The position numbers were made by a program, and so were the translations under genes. Under the pieces are notes generated by a model that saw nothing but the letters and a program-made list of their open reading frames with translations, was not told the DNA's origin and searched no databases. Of a DNA stretch of 19,964 nt, positions 1-8,136 are shown in pieces. This DNA is from Deferrisomatales bacterium. GTDB taxonomy: Bacteria > Desulfobacterota > Deferrisomatia > Deferrisomatales > JACRMM01. The stretch lies in the NCBI GenBank assembly GCA_033551855.1, contig JAWSUI010000063.1:1-19964 (forward strand). The letters run 5' to 3'. How positions within the stretch are numbered: position 1 is the first letter of the stretch; each line of letters begins with the position of its first letter.

Positions 1-8
1 CCCGGCCT

Positions 9-51
9 CGTCTGCCGGAGTGGGCGGGCCCACCCGGTCGTTTGCCGGAAG
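9..51. repeat. Dispersed repeat arm; the element is probably truncated by the window start
   Basis: CGTCTGCCGGAGTGGGCGGGCCCACCCGGTCGTTTGCCGGAAG matches 4153..4195 at 41/43 positions. Confidence 0.85.
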
Positions 52-310
52 AACCAATTTTCGGGCTCTTCCGGGAAATGACGGGTTGCCGTACCCGACG
101 CCGGCGGGCAAACGGGTGAGACAAGGGACATTCGCCCTCCGGGGGTCGCCTCTTCGAATCGTCGCGGATGGCGGACTCGGCGCAGGGGGCTCCCGCCCCT
201 GCCCTGAGCCAGGCGGGGAATCCCGGAAGGCGCCACGGTCTTGCGGCGGCACGCCCGGGCGTGTATGGTCCGCCCGCTTCCCCGGCGGCGCCTGCCCGAT
301 CCCAGGGACA

Positions 311-395
311 TGTAGCGAGATCCCGACACTCACCGGCGCAGGGCAGACGGGCCGAGACCAGAAATCTGCCCCCCAAGTGTAGGCTGTGGCCTACG
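311..395. promoter_or_regulatory. Candidate enhancer (UAS) sites for a sigma54 activator
   Basis: TGTAGCGAGATCCCGACA (311-328, TGT-N12-ACA) and TGTAGGCTGTGGCCTACG (378-395, imperfect palindrome) lie about 85-170 bp upstream of a -24/-12 motif. Confidence 0.4.
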
Positions 396-478
396 AGTCG
401 GGCGCGGCCTTCGTCCGGGGAATCGGCCGAACCTCCGAAAACCCCGGAATCTGGCGAATCGAGATCCCCAGGCCGGCA

Positions 479-494
479 CGGCACGCCCCTCGCA
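479..494 (+). promoter_or_regulatory. Putative sigma54 (-24/-12) promoter of the gcd operon
   Basis: CGGCACGCCCCTCGCA has GG-N10-GC spacing and resembles the consensus TGGCACG-N4-TTGCW; it ends 55 bp upstream of the first start codon. Confidence 0.65.
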
Positions 495-548
495 TACAAG
501 CCCGCCCTCAGGCAAACGCATCCGGGCGCGGCCCGAGGGAGGTAACGA

Positions 549-677
549 ATGGGTGAGGCATTCCTCGTGTTCCTGGCAGGGTCCATCGGGGTGTTCCTGG
601 GAATGGGGCTCCTCTACGCCACCATCCGGATCACCGCGGTGGCGGTGGAACGCCTCACCCGGAAGGGGGAGTCATGA
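549..677 (+). CDS. gcdD: Small membrane subunit (delta, OadG-like) of a Na+-translocating decarboxylase, 42 aa
   Basis: Manual translation gives MGEAFLVFLAGSIGVFLGMGLLYATIRITAVAVERLTRKGES. It has a GGAGG RBS at 538-542, one hydrophobic helix, and an ATGA overlap with the beta-subunit start. Absent from the ORF track. Confidence 0.8.
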   Translation: MGEAFLVFLAGSIGVFLGMGLLYATIRITAVAVERLTRKGES

Positions 678-1804
678 CGGAGGGCGCCTTCGCTTCCCTG
701 TCGGAGCTCGTCTTCCTTTCGGGCTTCCCCCACGTCACCTGGGCCTTGGTCGTGATGTGGGCGATCGCGGCCGTGCTCTTGTACCTGGCCATCGCCAAGC
801 AGTTCGAGCCCCTGCTGCTCCTCCCCATCGCCTTCGGCATCCTCGTCACCAACCTGCCCATGACCGGGCTCATGGACGAGGGGCAGGGGCTCCTGTGGCG
901 CTTCTACCACTACGGCATCAAGTGGGAGGTGATCCCCCCCCTCATCTTCCTGGGGCTCGGCGCCATGACCGACTTCGGGCCGGTGCTCACCCAGCCCCGG
1001 CTGATCTTCCTCGGTGCGGGAGCCCAGGTGGGGGTGTACCTGACGTTCTTCTGCGCATACCTCTTCGGGTTCGACCTGAAGGAAGCAGCAACGATCGGGA
1101 TCATCGGGGGGGCGGACGGCCCGACGACGATCTACCTCTCGTCCCGCCTGGCGCCCCAGATGCTCGGCACCGTGGCGGTGGCGGCGTACTCCTACATGGC
1201 CCTGGTGCCGATCCTCCAGCCGCCCGTCATGAAGCTGCTGACGACCCAGTCGGAGCGGCGCATCCGGATGAGCAAGGGCCGCAAGGTCCATCAACTCGAG
1301 AAGATCCTCTTCCCGGTGACGTCCTCCCTGGCCGTCATCCTGTTGATCCCGGCGTCGGCCCCCCTGATGGCCATGTTCATGCTGGGCAACCTCTTCCGGG
1401 AGTCCAAGGTCGTCGAGCGCTTGACGGGCGCCAGCCAGAACGAGCTGATGAACATCGTGACCATCTTCCTGGGGATCAGCGTGGGCGCCACGATGAAGGC
1501 AGAGTCCTTCCTTCGCCCCGACGTGATCTTCGTCTTCTTCCTCGGGCTCATCGCCTTCATGGTGAGCACCGGAAGCGGTATTATCATCGCCAAGCTGATG
1601 AACCTGTTCACCCGGGACAAGATCAACCCCCTTCTCGGGGCCGCGGGGGTGTCGGCCGTGCCCATGGCCGCGCGCGTCGTCCACAAGGTCGGCGCCGAGG
1701 CGGACCGCCAGAACTACCTGCTCATGTACGCGATGGGCCCGAACATCGCGGGAGTGCTCGGCACCCTCATCGCGGCCGGCATCTTCCTGTCCATTCTCGG
1801 GTGA
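674..1804 (+). CDS. gcdB: Na+-translocating decarboxylase beta subunit (OadB/GcdB family)
   Basis: Hydrophobic 376 aa with family motifs FEPLLLLPIAFG, IGIIGGADGPT, AAYSYMALVP, GVSAVPMAARV and AMGPNIAGV. Confidence 0.95.
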   Translation: MTEGAFASLSELVFLSGFPHVTWALVVMWAIAAVLLYLAIAKQFEPLLLLPIAFGILVTNLPMTGLMDEGQGLLWRFYHYGIKWEVIPPLIFLGLGAMTDFGPVLTQPRLIFLGAGAQVGVYLTFFCAYLFGFDLKEAATIGIIGGADGPTTIYLSSRLAPQMLGTVAVAAYSYMALVPILQPPVMKLLTTQSERRIRMSKGRKVHQLEKILFPVTSSLAVILLIPASAPLMAMFMLGNLFRESKVVERLTGASQNELMNIVTIFLGISVGATMKAESFLRPDVIFVFFLGLIAFMVSTGSGIIIAKLMNLFTRDKINPLLGAAGVSAVPMAARVVHKVGAEADRQNYLLMYAMGPNIAGVLGTLIAAGIFLSILG

Positions 1805-1889
1805 CGCAGGCAACGAGGCAGACGGCGCTCCGCGCTCGAGCGGGGGCCCCCAACGGAGAGGCCGGACGATCCGGCAGGGAGACGCAGAC

Positions 1890-2102
1890 ATGATCGAGCT
1901 GAGAGCCCCATTGTCCGGAAAGGTGTGGAAGCTGGAGTGCAAGCAGGGCGACCAGGTGCAACAGGACGACCCCGTCGTGATCCTCGAGGCCATGAAGATG
2001 GAGACCGAGCTGTTCGCCCCGGCAGCGGGGGTCGTGCAGGAGATCCGGGTCAAGGAGGGGGACGCGGTGGAAGAGGACGCCGTGCTGCTCGTGATCGCCT
2101 GA
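1890..2102 (+). CDS. gcdC: Stand-alone biotin carboxyl carrier subunit, 70 aa
   Basis: LEAMKME biotinylation motif in a biotinyl-domain pattern; GGGAG RBS upstream. Confidence 0.92.
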   Translation: MIELRAPLSGKVWKLECKQGDQVQQDDPVVILEAMKMETELFAPAAGVVQEIRVKEGDAVEEDAVLLVIA

Positions 2103-2197
2103 CAGCCCGTTGACACCGTGAGAGGAAAACCTTCGGCGGCAGAGGCCCGGGGCGCAGGGCGTCGGCGGGCCGACGTGGCCCCAGGATGGAGGAGACG

Positions 2198-3931
2198 ATG
2201 AGACCCTATTTCGAGAAGATGCCCGAGTTCGGACAGCCCCTGTCCGAGCGCCAGCTCACCAGCTCGGCGGAGAGCTATGAGGAGATCAAGGCGGTGGAGC
2301 AGGCCCTGGCCGCCGAGGTGGCCCGCGTCCAGGAGGCCGGGCTGCCGGCCAAGAAGATCAACGATCGCGGGCAGATGACCGTGTGGCAGCGCCTGGAGTA
2401 CCTGGTGGACCCGGGCACCTGGTGCCCCCTGCACACCATCTTCGACCCGGCAGACAACGATTACGGAACCACCGGCATCATCGACGGCCTCGCCAAGATC
2501 CAGGGCAAGTGGGCCGTGGTGGTCGGCTTCGACAACAAGGTGATGGCCGGGGCCTGGATCGCGGGCCAGTCGGAGAACATGCTGCGGGTCACCGACCTGT
2601 CCAAGCGGCTCAACGTGCCGCTTGTCTGGATCGTCAACTGCTCCGGCGTGGACCTGCCCAACCAGGAGCTCGTCTACCCCGACCGGCGCGGCGGCGGCAC
2701 GACGTTCTTCCGCCACGCCGAGCTCCAGAAGCTCGGGGTGCCGATCCTCGCCGCCATCTACGGCACCAACCCCGCCGGCGGCGGATACCAGTCCATCAGC
2801 CCCACGATCCTGCTGGCCCACAAGGACGCCAACATGGCCGTGGGCGGCGGCGGCATCGTCAGCGGCATGAGCCCCAAGGGCTATTTCGACGAGGAGGGAT
2901 GCGAGGCCCTGATCGAGGCCACCCGCAAGTTCAAGGAGGTGGCGCCGGGCCGCGTGGAGATCCACCACGGCGCGACGGGGTTCTTCAGGCACGTCTACGA
3001 GACCGAGCAGGGGGTGCTCGACGGGATCAAGGACTACATGAGGAAGCTGCCGGCGTATGACCCGTCGTTCTTCCGGGTGGCCGAGCCCAAGACCCCCAAG
3101 TTCGACCCCGACGAGGTCAACCGCCTGGTGCCCTTCAACCAGAAGCGCACCTACTCCTTCCCCGAGGTGCTCGCGCGCCTGGTGGACGGCAGCGAGCACC
3201 TGGAGTTCAAGCCCGACTTCGGCCCCGACATCTACTGCGGGCTGGTCAAAGTAGACGGGTTCCTGTGCGGGGTCATCGCCAACAACCAGGGCTTCCTGCC
3301 CAAGGGCTACCCGGAGTACGCCGACTACCCGGGCATCGGCGGCAAGCTCTACCGCCGCGGCCTGATCAAGATGAACGAGTTCGTCACCCTGTGCGGCCGC
3401 GACCGGGTGCCGATCATCTGGTTCCAGGACACCTCGGGCATCGACGTGGGCGACACCGCCGAGAAGGCCGAGCTCCTGGGATTGGGCCAGAGCCTCATCT
3501 ACTCCATCGAGCAGACCGACGTGCCCCAGATGCTCGTGGTGCTGCGCAAGGGCACCGCGGCGGCCCACTACGTGATGGGCGGTCCCACGGCCAACAACCA
3601 CAACGCCTTCACGCTGGGGGTTCCCACCACCGAGATCTACGTGATGCACGGCGAGACCGCGGCGGCCGCGAGCTACGCCCGGCGCCTGGTCAAGGAGAAG
3701 GACGCCGGCAAGCCCCTGGGGCCGATCATGGAGAAGATGAACGAGCTGGTGAAGAAGTACTACGACAAGAGCCGCCCCCTCTACTGCGCCAAGCACGGCT
3801 ACGTGGACGAGGTGGTGAGCCTGCCCGACGTGCGCAAGTACATGCAGGCCTTCGCCGGCAGCGCCTACCAGAACCCCAAGTCGATGTGCGCCCAGCACCA
3901 GATGATCCTGCCGCGGATCATCAAGGGCTGA
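2198..3931 (+). CDS. gcdA: Glutaconyl-CoA decarboxylase alpha subunit (carboxyltransferase)
   Basis: Carboxyltransferase motifs NPAGGGY, ANMAVGG, WFQDTSGIDVG and LRKGTAAAHYVMGGP; the N-terminus RPYFEKMPEFG resembles GcdA as I recall it. Start set at ATG 2198, following GGAGGAG. Confidence 0.88.
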   Translation: MRPYFEKMPEFGQPLSERQLTSSAESYEEIKAVEQALAAEVARVQEAGLPAKKINDRGQMTVWQRLEYLVDPGTWCPLHTIFDPADNDYGTTGIIDGLAKIQGKWAVVVGFDNKVMAGAWIAGQSENMLRVTDLSKRLNVPLVWIVNCSGVDLPNQELVYPDRRGGGTTFFRHAELQKLGVPILAAIYGTNPAGGGYQSISPTILLAHKDANMAVGGGGIVSGMSPKGYFDEEGCEALIEATRKFKEVAPGRVEIHHGATGFFRHVYETEQGVLDGIKDYMRKLPAYDPSFFRVAEPKTPKFDPDEVNRLVPFNQKRTYSFPEVLARLVDGSEHLEFKPDFGPDIYCGLVKVDGFLCGVIANNQGFLPKGYPEYADYPGIGGKLYRRGLIKMNEFVTLCGRDRVPIIWFQDTSGIDVGDTAEKAELLGLGQSLIYSIEQTDVPQMLVVLRKGTAAAHYVMGGPTANNHNAFTLGVPTTEIYVMHGETAAAASYARRLVKEKDAGKPLGPIMEKMNELVKKYYDKSRPLYCAKHGYVDEVVSLPDVRKYMQAFAGSAYQNPKSMCAQHQMILPRIIKG

Positions 3932-3951
3932 ACCGCCCGACGGCCCGACGG

Positions 3952-3988
3952 AGAGAAAGCCCGGCTCCCCGAGCCGGGCTTTCTCTTT
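3952..3988 (+). terminator. Intrinsic terminator, possibly bidirectional
   Basis: Perfect 16-bp stem AGAGAAAGCCCGGCTC / GAGCCGGGCTTTCTCT with a CCC loop and a T-rich tail, between convergent genes. Confidence 0.85.
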
Positions 3989-4019
3989 CGCGGCCCTCCG
4001 GCACGTAACCGGCACCTCG

Positions 4020-4195
4020 TTTCCAGAGACGATCGGGTGGGCCCGACCGCGCCGGCAGACGATGCCGGGATGCACGGTGGGTCCGGTCCCACGCCGCATC
4101 CTAGATCTTCGCGAGATCTCGGCTCCCGAAGGGGCTGTCCCGGTCGAACGGCCGTCTGCCGGAGTGGGCGGGTCCACCCGGTCCTTTGCCGGAAG
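4020..4195. repeat. Palindromic ~175-bp MITE/REPIN-like element with imperfect ~40-bp inverted arms
   Basis: 4031..4061 (GATCGGGTGGGCCCGACCGCGCCGGCAGACG) is an imperfect reverse complement of 4153..4183, and the right arm recurs at 9..51. Confidence 0.75.
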
Positions 4196-4221
4196 CACCC
4201 GTCTCCGGGCCCTCCGGGTCC

Positions 4222-4899
4222 TCACCCCAGCCAGACGGCTGCCCCCGCCGCGTAGAAGACGGCGGGCATGAGATTGCCGGTGCGGATCACGGTGAGATTC
4301 AGGAGGTTGATCCCGATCCCCAGGATGAGCAGCCCGCCGGTGGCGGTGACCGCCTCCAGGACCTCCGGGGCCTGGAGAAAGGCCAGGTGGGAGGCCAGCA
4401 GGGTGAGCGAGCCCTGGGCCAGGAGCACGGTGCCCGCGGAGAACGCGACGCCGACCCCCAGGGACGACGCCAGCGCCACCGAGGCGACACCGTCCAGCAG
4501 CGCCTTGACGTACAGGGTCGTCGGGTCCCCGACCGTGCCGTCCTGGATCGAGCCGACGATCATCATGGCGCCGGTGCAGTACAGGATCGACGCCGTCACG
4601 AACCCCTGCACGAAGGTGGCGGACCGCGACCGGAGCCGCGCCTGCAGCCACCCGCCCAGGCTCGCGAGCCGGTCCTCCACCCGCAGCGCCTCGCCCGTGA
4701 CGGCGCCCAGGAGCAGACAGCCGATCGCCAGCAGGGGCCGGCTCCCCGAGAGGGCCATCTGCACCCCCAGGAAGACCACCGAGAGCCCGAGCCCCTGCAT
4801 GAGGATGTTCTTGAAGCGCTCGGGAAGGCGGCGCCCCGCGCCCACCCCGATGAGGCTCCCGGCCACCACCGCCCCCGCGTTCACCACGGTTCCGACCAC
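4222..4899 (-). CDS. DUF554 (YdfK-like) membrane protein
   Basis: 225 aa, multiple TM segments, motifs GTVVNA, GFVTASILYCTGAM, KALLDG, TGGLLILGIG and NLMPA; GGAGG RBS before the GTG start. Confidence 0.85.
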   Translation of the reverse strand: MVGTVVNAGAVVAGSLIGVGAGRRLPERFKNILMQGLGLSVVFLGVQMALSGSRPLLAIGCLLLGAVTGEALRVEDRLASLGGWLQARLRSRSATFVQGFVTASILYCTGAMMIVGSIQDGTVGDPTTLYVKALLDGVASVALASSLGVGVAFSAGTVLLAQGSLTLLASHLAFLQAPEVLEAVTATGGLLILGIGINLLNLTVIRTGNLMPAVFYAAGAAVWLG

Positions 4900-5070
4900 C
4901 GGACACCTCCCTCTCCCGGTCCGCCCCCGAAGAGCCGGGGATCATACGCCCCAGCCGCGGCCCTGGCCAGGGCCGCAGGACCCGTCGGTGGGGTTTACTT
5001 TGACCCCGAATCTGCTGCATAAGGTCCCCTTCAGCCCCGGAGACGCACCCACCCGACGGCGGAGTCTGCG

Positions 5071-5874
5071 ATGACCGAGCATCCCGTAGCCCCCCCCTCG
5101 GTCTGGTGGGGGCGCTACACCCTCGAAGAAGGGCTGACCGGCCGCTGGCGCGTCGGCGCCCTCACCCTCTGGGCCCAGCGCCGCCCCGGCGAGTGGCGCC
5201 TGGCCCACGCGAGCACCAACGACCCCTTCGACGACGAAGTGGCCTCGCAGGTGCCAAGCGCCGAGCCGATCCCCTCCCACGGCGCCACGCTGGTGCGCTA
5301 CGCCATGAAGCACACCGACCGCTTCCTGGCCCTCGAGCCGGCGCTACCGGACCGCCCGGTGGTGTCCCGGCCCGACACCCCCTTCTACGTCCTCGCGGGG
5401 GAGGAAGTCCGCCTCTTCATCAGCACCCCTGTCTGGGTGAGGGTGCTGGCCGGCGCGCGGCGCCTGCTCGAGATCCCCGTCTACCGCCCCTCCGACACCT
5501 GGTTCGGGCCCTCCACCCGGGAGGGGGAGGTTTGCTACGACACCCGGACGAGTTGCCGCAACGAGCTCTCCCAGGTGCCTCGCCGGCCCCATCGGGCGGT
5601 GGCGGCCGTGACCATTCGCAACCGCACCGGCGATGCGGTTCTCGTCGAGCGGCTCAACCTCCCCGTGCCGTACCTCGCGGTGTACGCAGCGCCGGGCGGG
5701 GGCCTGTGGACGCAGGGGGTGACCCTCCAGATGGGGGGGGACGGGGGAAGCGCGGAGCTCCACATCGGCAAGGGGGCGCCGGCGGAGGCCCACGGGGCCA
5801 CTCTGCTCACCGGGCCCCGGGAGGACGCGGACCGCAACATCCTGGTCCGGGCGCTCAGCGCCCTGATCGGGTGA
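5071..5874 (+). CDS. Conserved hypothetical protein, possibly DUF432-like
   Basis: 267 aa with normal GC3 bias, a GGAG RBS and the motifs LPDRPVVSRP, SDTWFGP and GEVCY; 13 bp upstream of mscS. The family assignment is tentative and from memory. Confidence 0.65.
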   Translation: MTEHPVAPPSVWWGRYTLEEGLTGRWRVGALTLWAQRRPGEWRLAHASTNDPFDDEVASQVPSAEPIPSHGATLVRYAMKHTDRFLALEPALPDRPVVSRPDTPFYVLAGEEVRLFISTPVWVRVLAGARRLLEIPVYRPSDTWFGPSTREGEVCYDTRTSCRNELSQVPRRPHRAVAAVTIRNRTGDAVLVERLNLPVPYLAVYAAPGGGLWTQGVTLQMGGDGGSAELHIGKGAPAEAHGATLLTGPREDADRNILVRALSALIG

Positions 5875-5887
5875 GGGAGGAACCCCC

Positions 5888-6793
5888 ATGAACCAGGCCC
5901 TCGACATCCTACGGGATCTGCTCAGCAGCGGGCGGCTGATCTCGGGCTTCAACGCGATGGTCACCCTCGTGGTGGGGCTTCTGCTCACCCGGCTGATCAG
6001 CCGGTACGCGGGCCGGCTCGTCGGCCGGTACATCGGCGCCTCCCAGGGGGTTCTCGCCCGCCGGGTGAGCTACTACGCCCTAATGGCCCTGGTGCTGGTC
6101 TCGGTGCTGCGCGAGCTCGGGTTCGAGCTCACGGTGGTCCTGGGCGCGGCCGGCGTCCTCTCCGTCGCCCTGGGCTTCGCCTCCCAGACCTCGGCCTCGA
6201 ACCTCATCAGCGGCCTCTTCCTCATGGCCGAGAAGCCTTTCGTGGTGGGCGACCTGATCAAGGTCGGCGACACCACGGGCGAGGTGCTCTCGGTGGACCT
6301 GCTCTCGGTGAAACTGCGCACCTTCGACAACCTCTTCGTGCGCGTTCCCAACGAGACCATGGTCAAGGCCGAGATCACCAACCTGACGCGGTTCCCCATC
6401 CGCCGCCTCGACGTGAAGGTCGGGGTGGCTTACAAGGAGGACGTCACGAGGGTGAAGGAGGTCCTCCTCACCGTGGCCGAGAGGAACCCCCTGTGCCTCG
6501 AGGAGCCCAAACCCCTCTTCCTCTTCCTGGGGTTCGGGGACTCCTCCCTGGACCTGCAGTTCTCGGTCTGGGCCCTGCGCCAGAACTTCCTGGAGATCCG
6601 AAACACCATCCACGCCGAGATCAAGGCCGCCTTCGACGCCGCCGGCATCGAGATTCCCTTCCCCCACCGGTCGCTCTACGCCGGGAGCGTCACCGACCCC
6701 TTCCCGGTGCGGCTCGTGGGCGGGGCTCCGCCGGCGGCCGAGCCGCCACTCCAGGTCGCGCCGAGCCCACCCGCAGCCCCCGAGACGCGGTAG
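5888..6793 (+). CDS. mscS: Small-conductance mechanosensitive channel
   Basis: TM3 motif GAAGVLSVALGFASQ..SNLISG, plus EKPFVVGDLI, VRVPNE, FGDSSLD and GIEIPFP. Confidence 0.93.
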   Translation: MNQALDILRDLLSSGRLISGFNAMVTLVVGLLLTRLISRYAGRLVGRYIGASQGVLARRVSYYALMALVLVSVLRELGFELTVVLGAAGVLSVALGFASQTSASNLISGLFLMAEKPFVVGDLIKVGDTTGEVLSVDLLSVKLRTFDNLFVRVPNETMVKAEITNLTRFPIRRLDVKVGVAYKEDVTRVKEVLLTVAERNPLCLEEPKPLFLFLGFGDSSLDLQFSVWALRQNFLEIRNTIHAEIKAAFDAAGIEIPFPHRSLYAGSVTDPFPVRLVGGAPPAAEPPLQVAPSPPAAPETR

Positions 6794-6874
6794 AACCTCC
6801 CCGGCCCAAGAGGGTATACTCCCCCGGTCTCGACGGGGGAAGCACGCCGCGCGCACGCGCCGGAAGGAACTCTC

Positions 6875-8050
6875 ATGTCTCGGTGGTTCGGATGGCAGTG
6901 GTCGGCCGCGCCGGTGCTCCCGGGCTTGGCGCTCGTCTTGGGTTTGGGCCTTTCCCTGGGGGGGTGCGGAAGCGACGACTGGAGCGACGACGACGGTTCT
7001 CCCCGACCGCCGCCCCGGGGCTCCCTCACGGTGGAGCTCGCCGGAGACCCCAGCGTGGCCTACGACCCGGCCCGGGGGCGGACCACCGTGGTGGTGCAGT
7101 TCATCGCCCGGGGGGCCGACGGGGTGCCCCTGGCGCCCTCGGATCTCGCCGTGGAGATGCTGGTGGACGGCCGGGCGGTGGACAACGAGTCGGTCCTCCA
7201 GGAGAGCTCCCAGGAGCTCGCCGCGAGCGTTCTCTACTCCCTGGTGCTCGACGCCAGCGGCTCCATGCTCCAGCACGAGCCCCCCGCCTTCGGCCCCATG
7301 AAGGAGGCGGCGCGCAAGAGCGTGCAGGACGGACGCGACCTCTGGCAGGACCGGCCCGGCACGTTTGCCTGGGACGTGTGCTGGTTCAACGACGTGCTCT
7401 TCCACCGCCAGGGGACGTGGAACCCCGACCACATCTCCTCCATCCCCGCGCCGCCCGACGAAGAAGCGGCCACCAAGCTCTACGCCGCCGTCCAGTTCAT
7501 GGCTCGGGAGATGGCCGACGCCCACGGGGCGGGCACGGCCGCCGGAGTACGGGACCAGCACATCCTGGTGGTCCTCTCCGACGGCGCCGACAACCTGAGC
7601 GGGTTCGACAACAGCATGAGCGCCGTCGACGAGAGAGCTCGCGTCCCCCCCTCGACCGACACAACCTCGACCAGCGCCGGCTACGTGCGTTTCGGGTGGC
7701 CAGCCACGACCCTCGACGACGCCCTCACTGCCATCCGGGCCCACCCCCGGCTCACGGTGCACGTGCTGGCCCTGGGCTCGGAGTTCCGGCCCGGGGATCT
7801 CAACAACCTGGGCGAGATCGCCCAGGCCGGAGGGGGACAGCTGCTCGTGAACCCTTCGAGCGACTCGTCCGAGCAGCTCTTCGACCGGGTCACCCGGGAG
7901 TTCACCACCCTCCAGACCCGGGGGGCGGCCATTCCCCAGCAGTCTGGAGACCACACCTTCACCCTGCGGGTGCAAGGGGTCACCTTTACCGGGGAGGGGA
8001 CCGAGACCTTCCGGTACCGGGCCGGGCCCGAGGCGCAGCTCCTGCCGTAG
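6875..8050 (+). CDS. VWA-domain putative lipoprotein
   Basis: Hydrophobic signal segment ending in the lipobox LGGC; MIDAS elements LVLDASGSM, ATKLYAA and VVLSDG. Confidence 0.8.
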   Translation: MSRWFGWQWSAAPVLPGLALVLGLGLSLGGCGSDDWSDDDGSPRPPPRGSLTVELAGDPSVAYDPARGRTTVVVQFIARGADGVPLAPSDLAVEMLVDGRAVDNESVLQESSQELAASVLYSLVLDASGSMLQHEPPAFGPMKEAARKSVQDGRDLWQDRPGTFAWDVCWFNDVLFHRQGTWNPDHISSIPAPPDEEAATKLYAAVQFMAREMADAHGAGTAAGVRDQHILVVLSDGADNLSGFDNSMSAVDERARVPPSTDTTSTSAGYVRFGWPATTLDDALTAIRAHPRLTVHVLALGSEFRPGDLNNLGEIAQAGGGQLLVNPSSDSSEQLFDRVTREFTTLQTRGAAIPQQSGDHTFTLRVQGVTFTGEGTETFRYRAGPEAQLLP

Positions 8051-8136
8051 GGGACGACCGGTCCGAACGATAGCCGCGGAGACGGCCGCCCCGCTCCGCG
8101 CCGAACGCACCCCCCAGTTCCCCGGGAGGCAACGCC

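Noticed and set aside
20..545. ORFs 20..382 and 168..545
   Set aside because: They lack an RBS and coding-like composition, and they overlap the repeat arm and the predicted promoter/enhancer region.
674..3931. Oxaloacetate or methylmalonyl-CoA decarboxylase, or acetyl-CoA carboxylase
   Set aside because: There is no OadA-type subunit or biotin carboxylase, and the alpha-subunit motifs fit GcdA best.
614..5020. 1468-aa minus-strand ORF and similar long ORFs (6080..8110, 9707..12361, 12448..14559, 15723..17810, 14840..17497)
   Set aside because: Antisense or off-frame shadows of well-supported genes, expected at this GC content; the translations are rich in R/G/P/A or V/H/L and show no family motifs.
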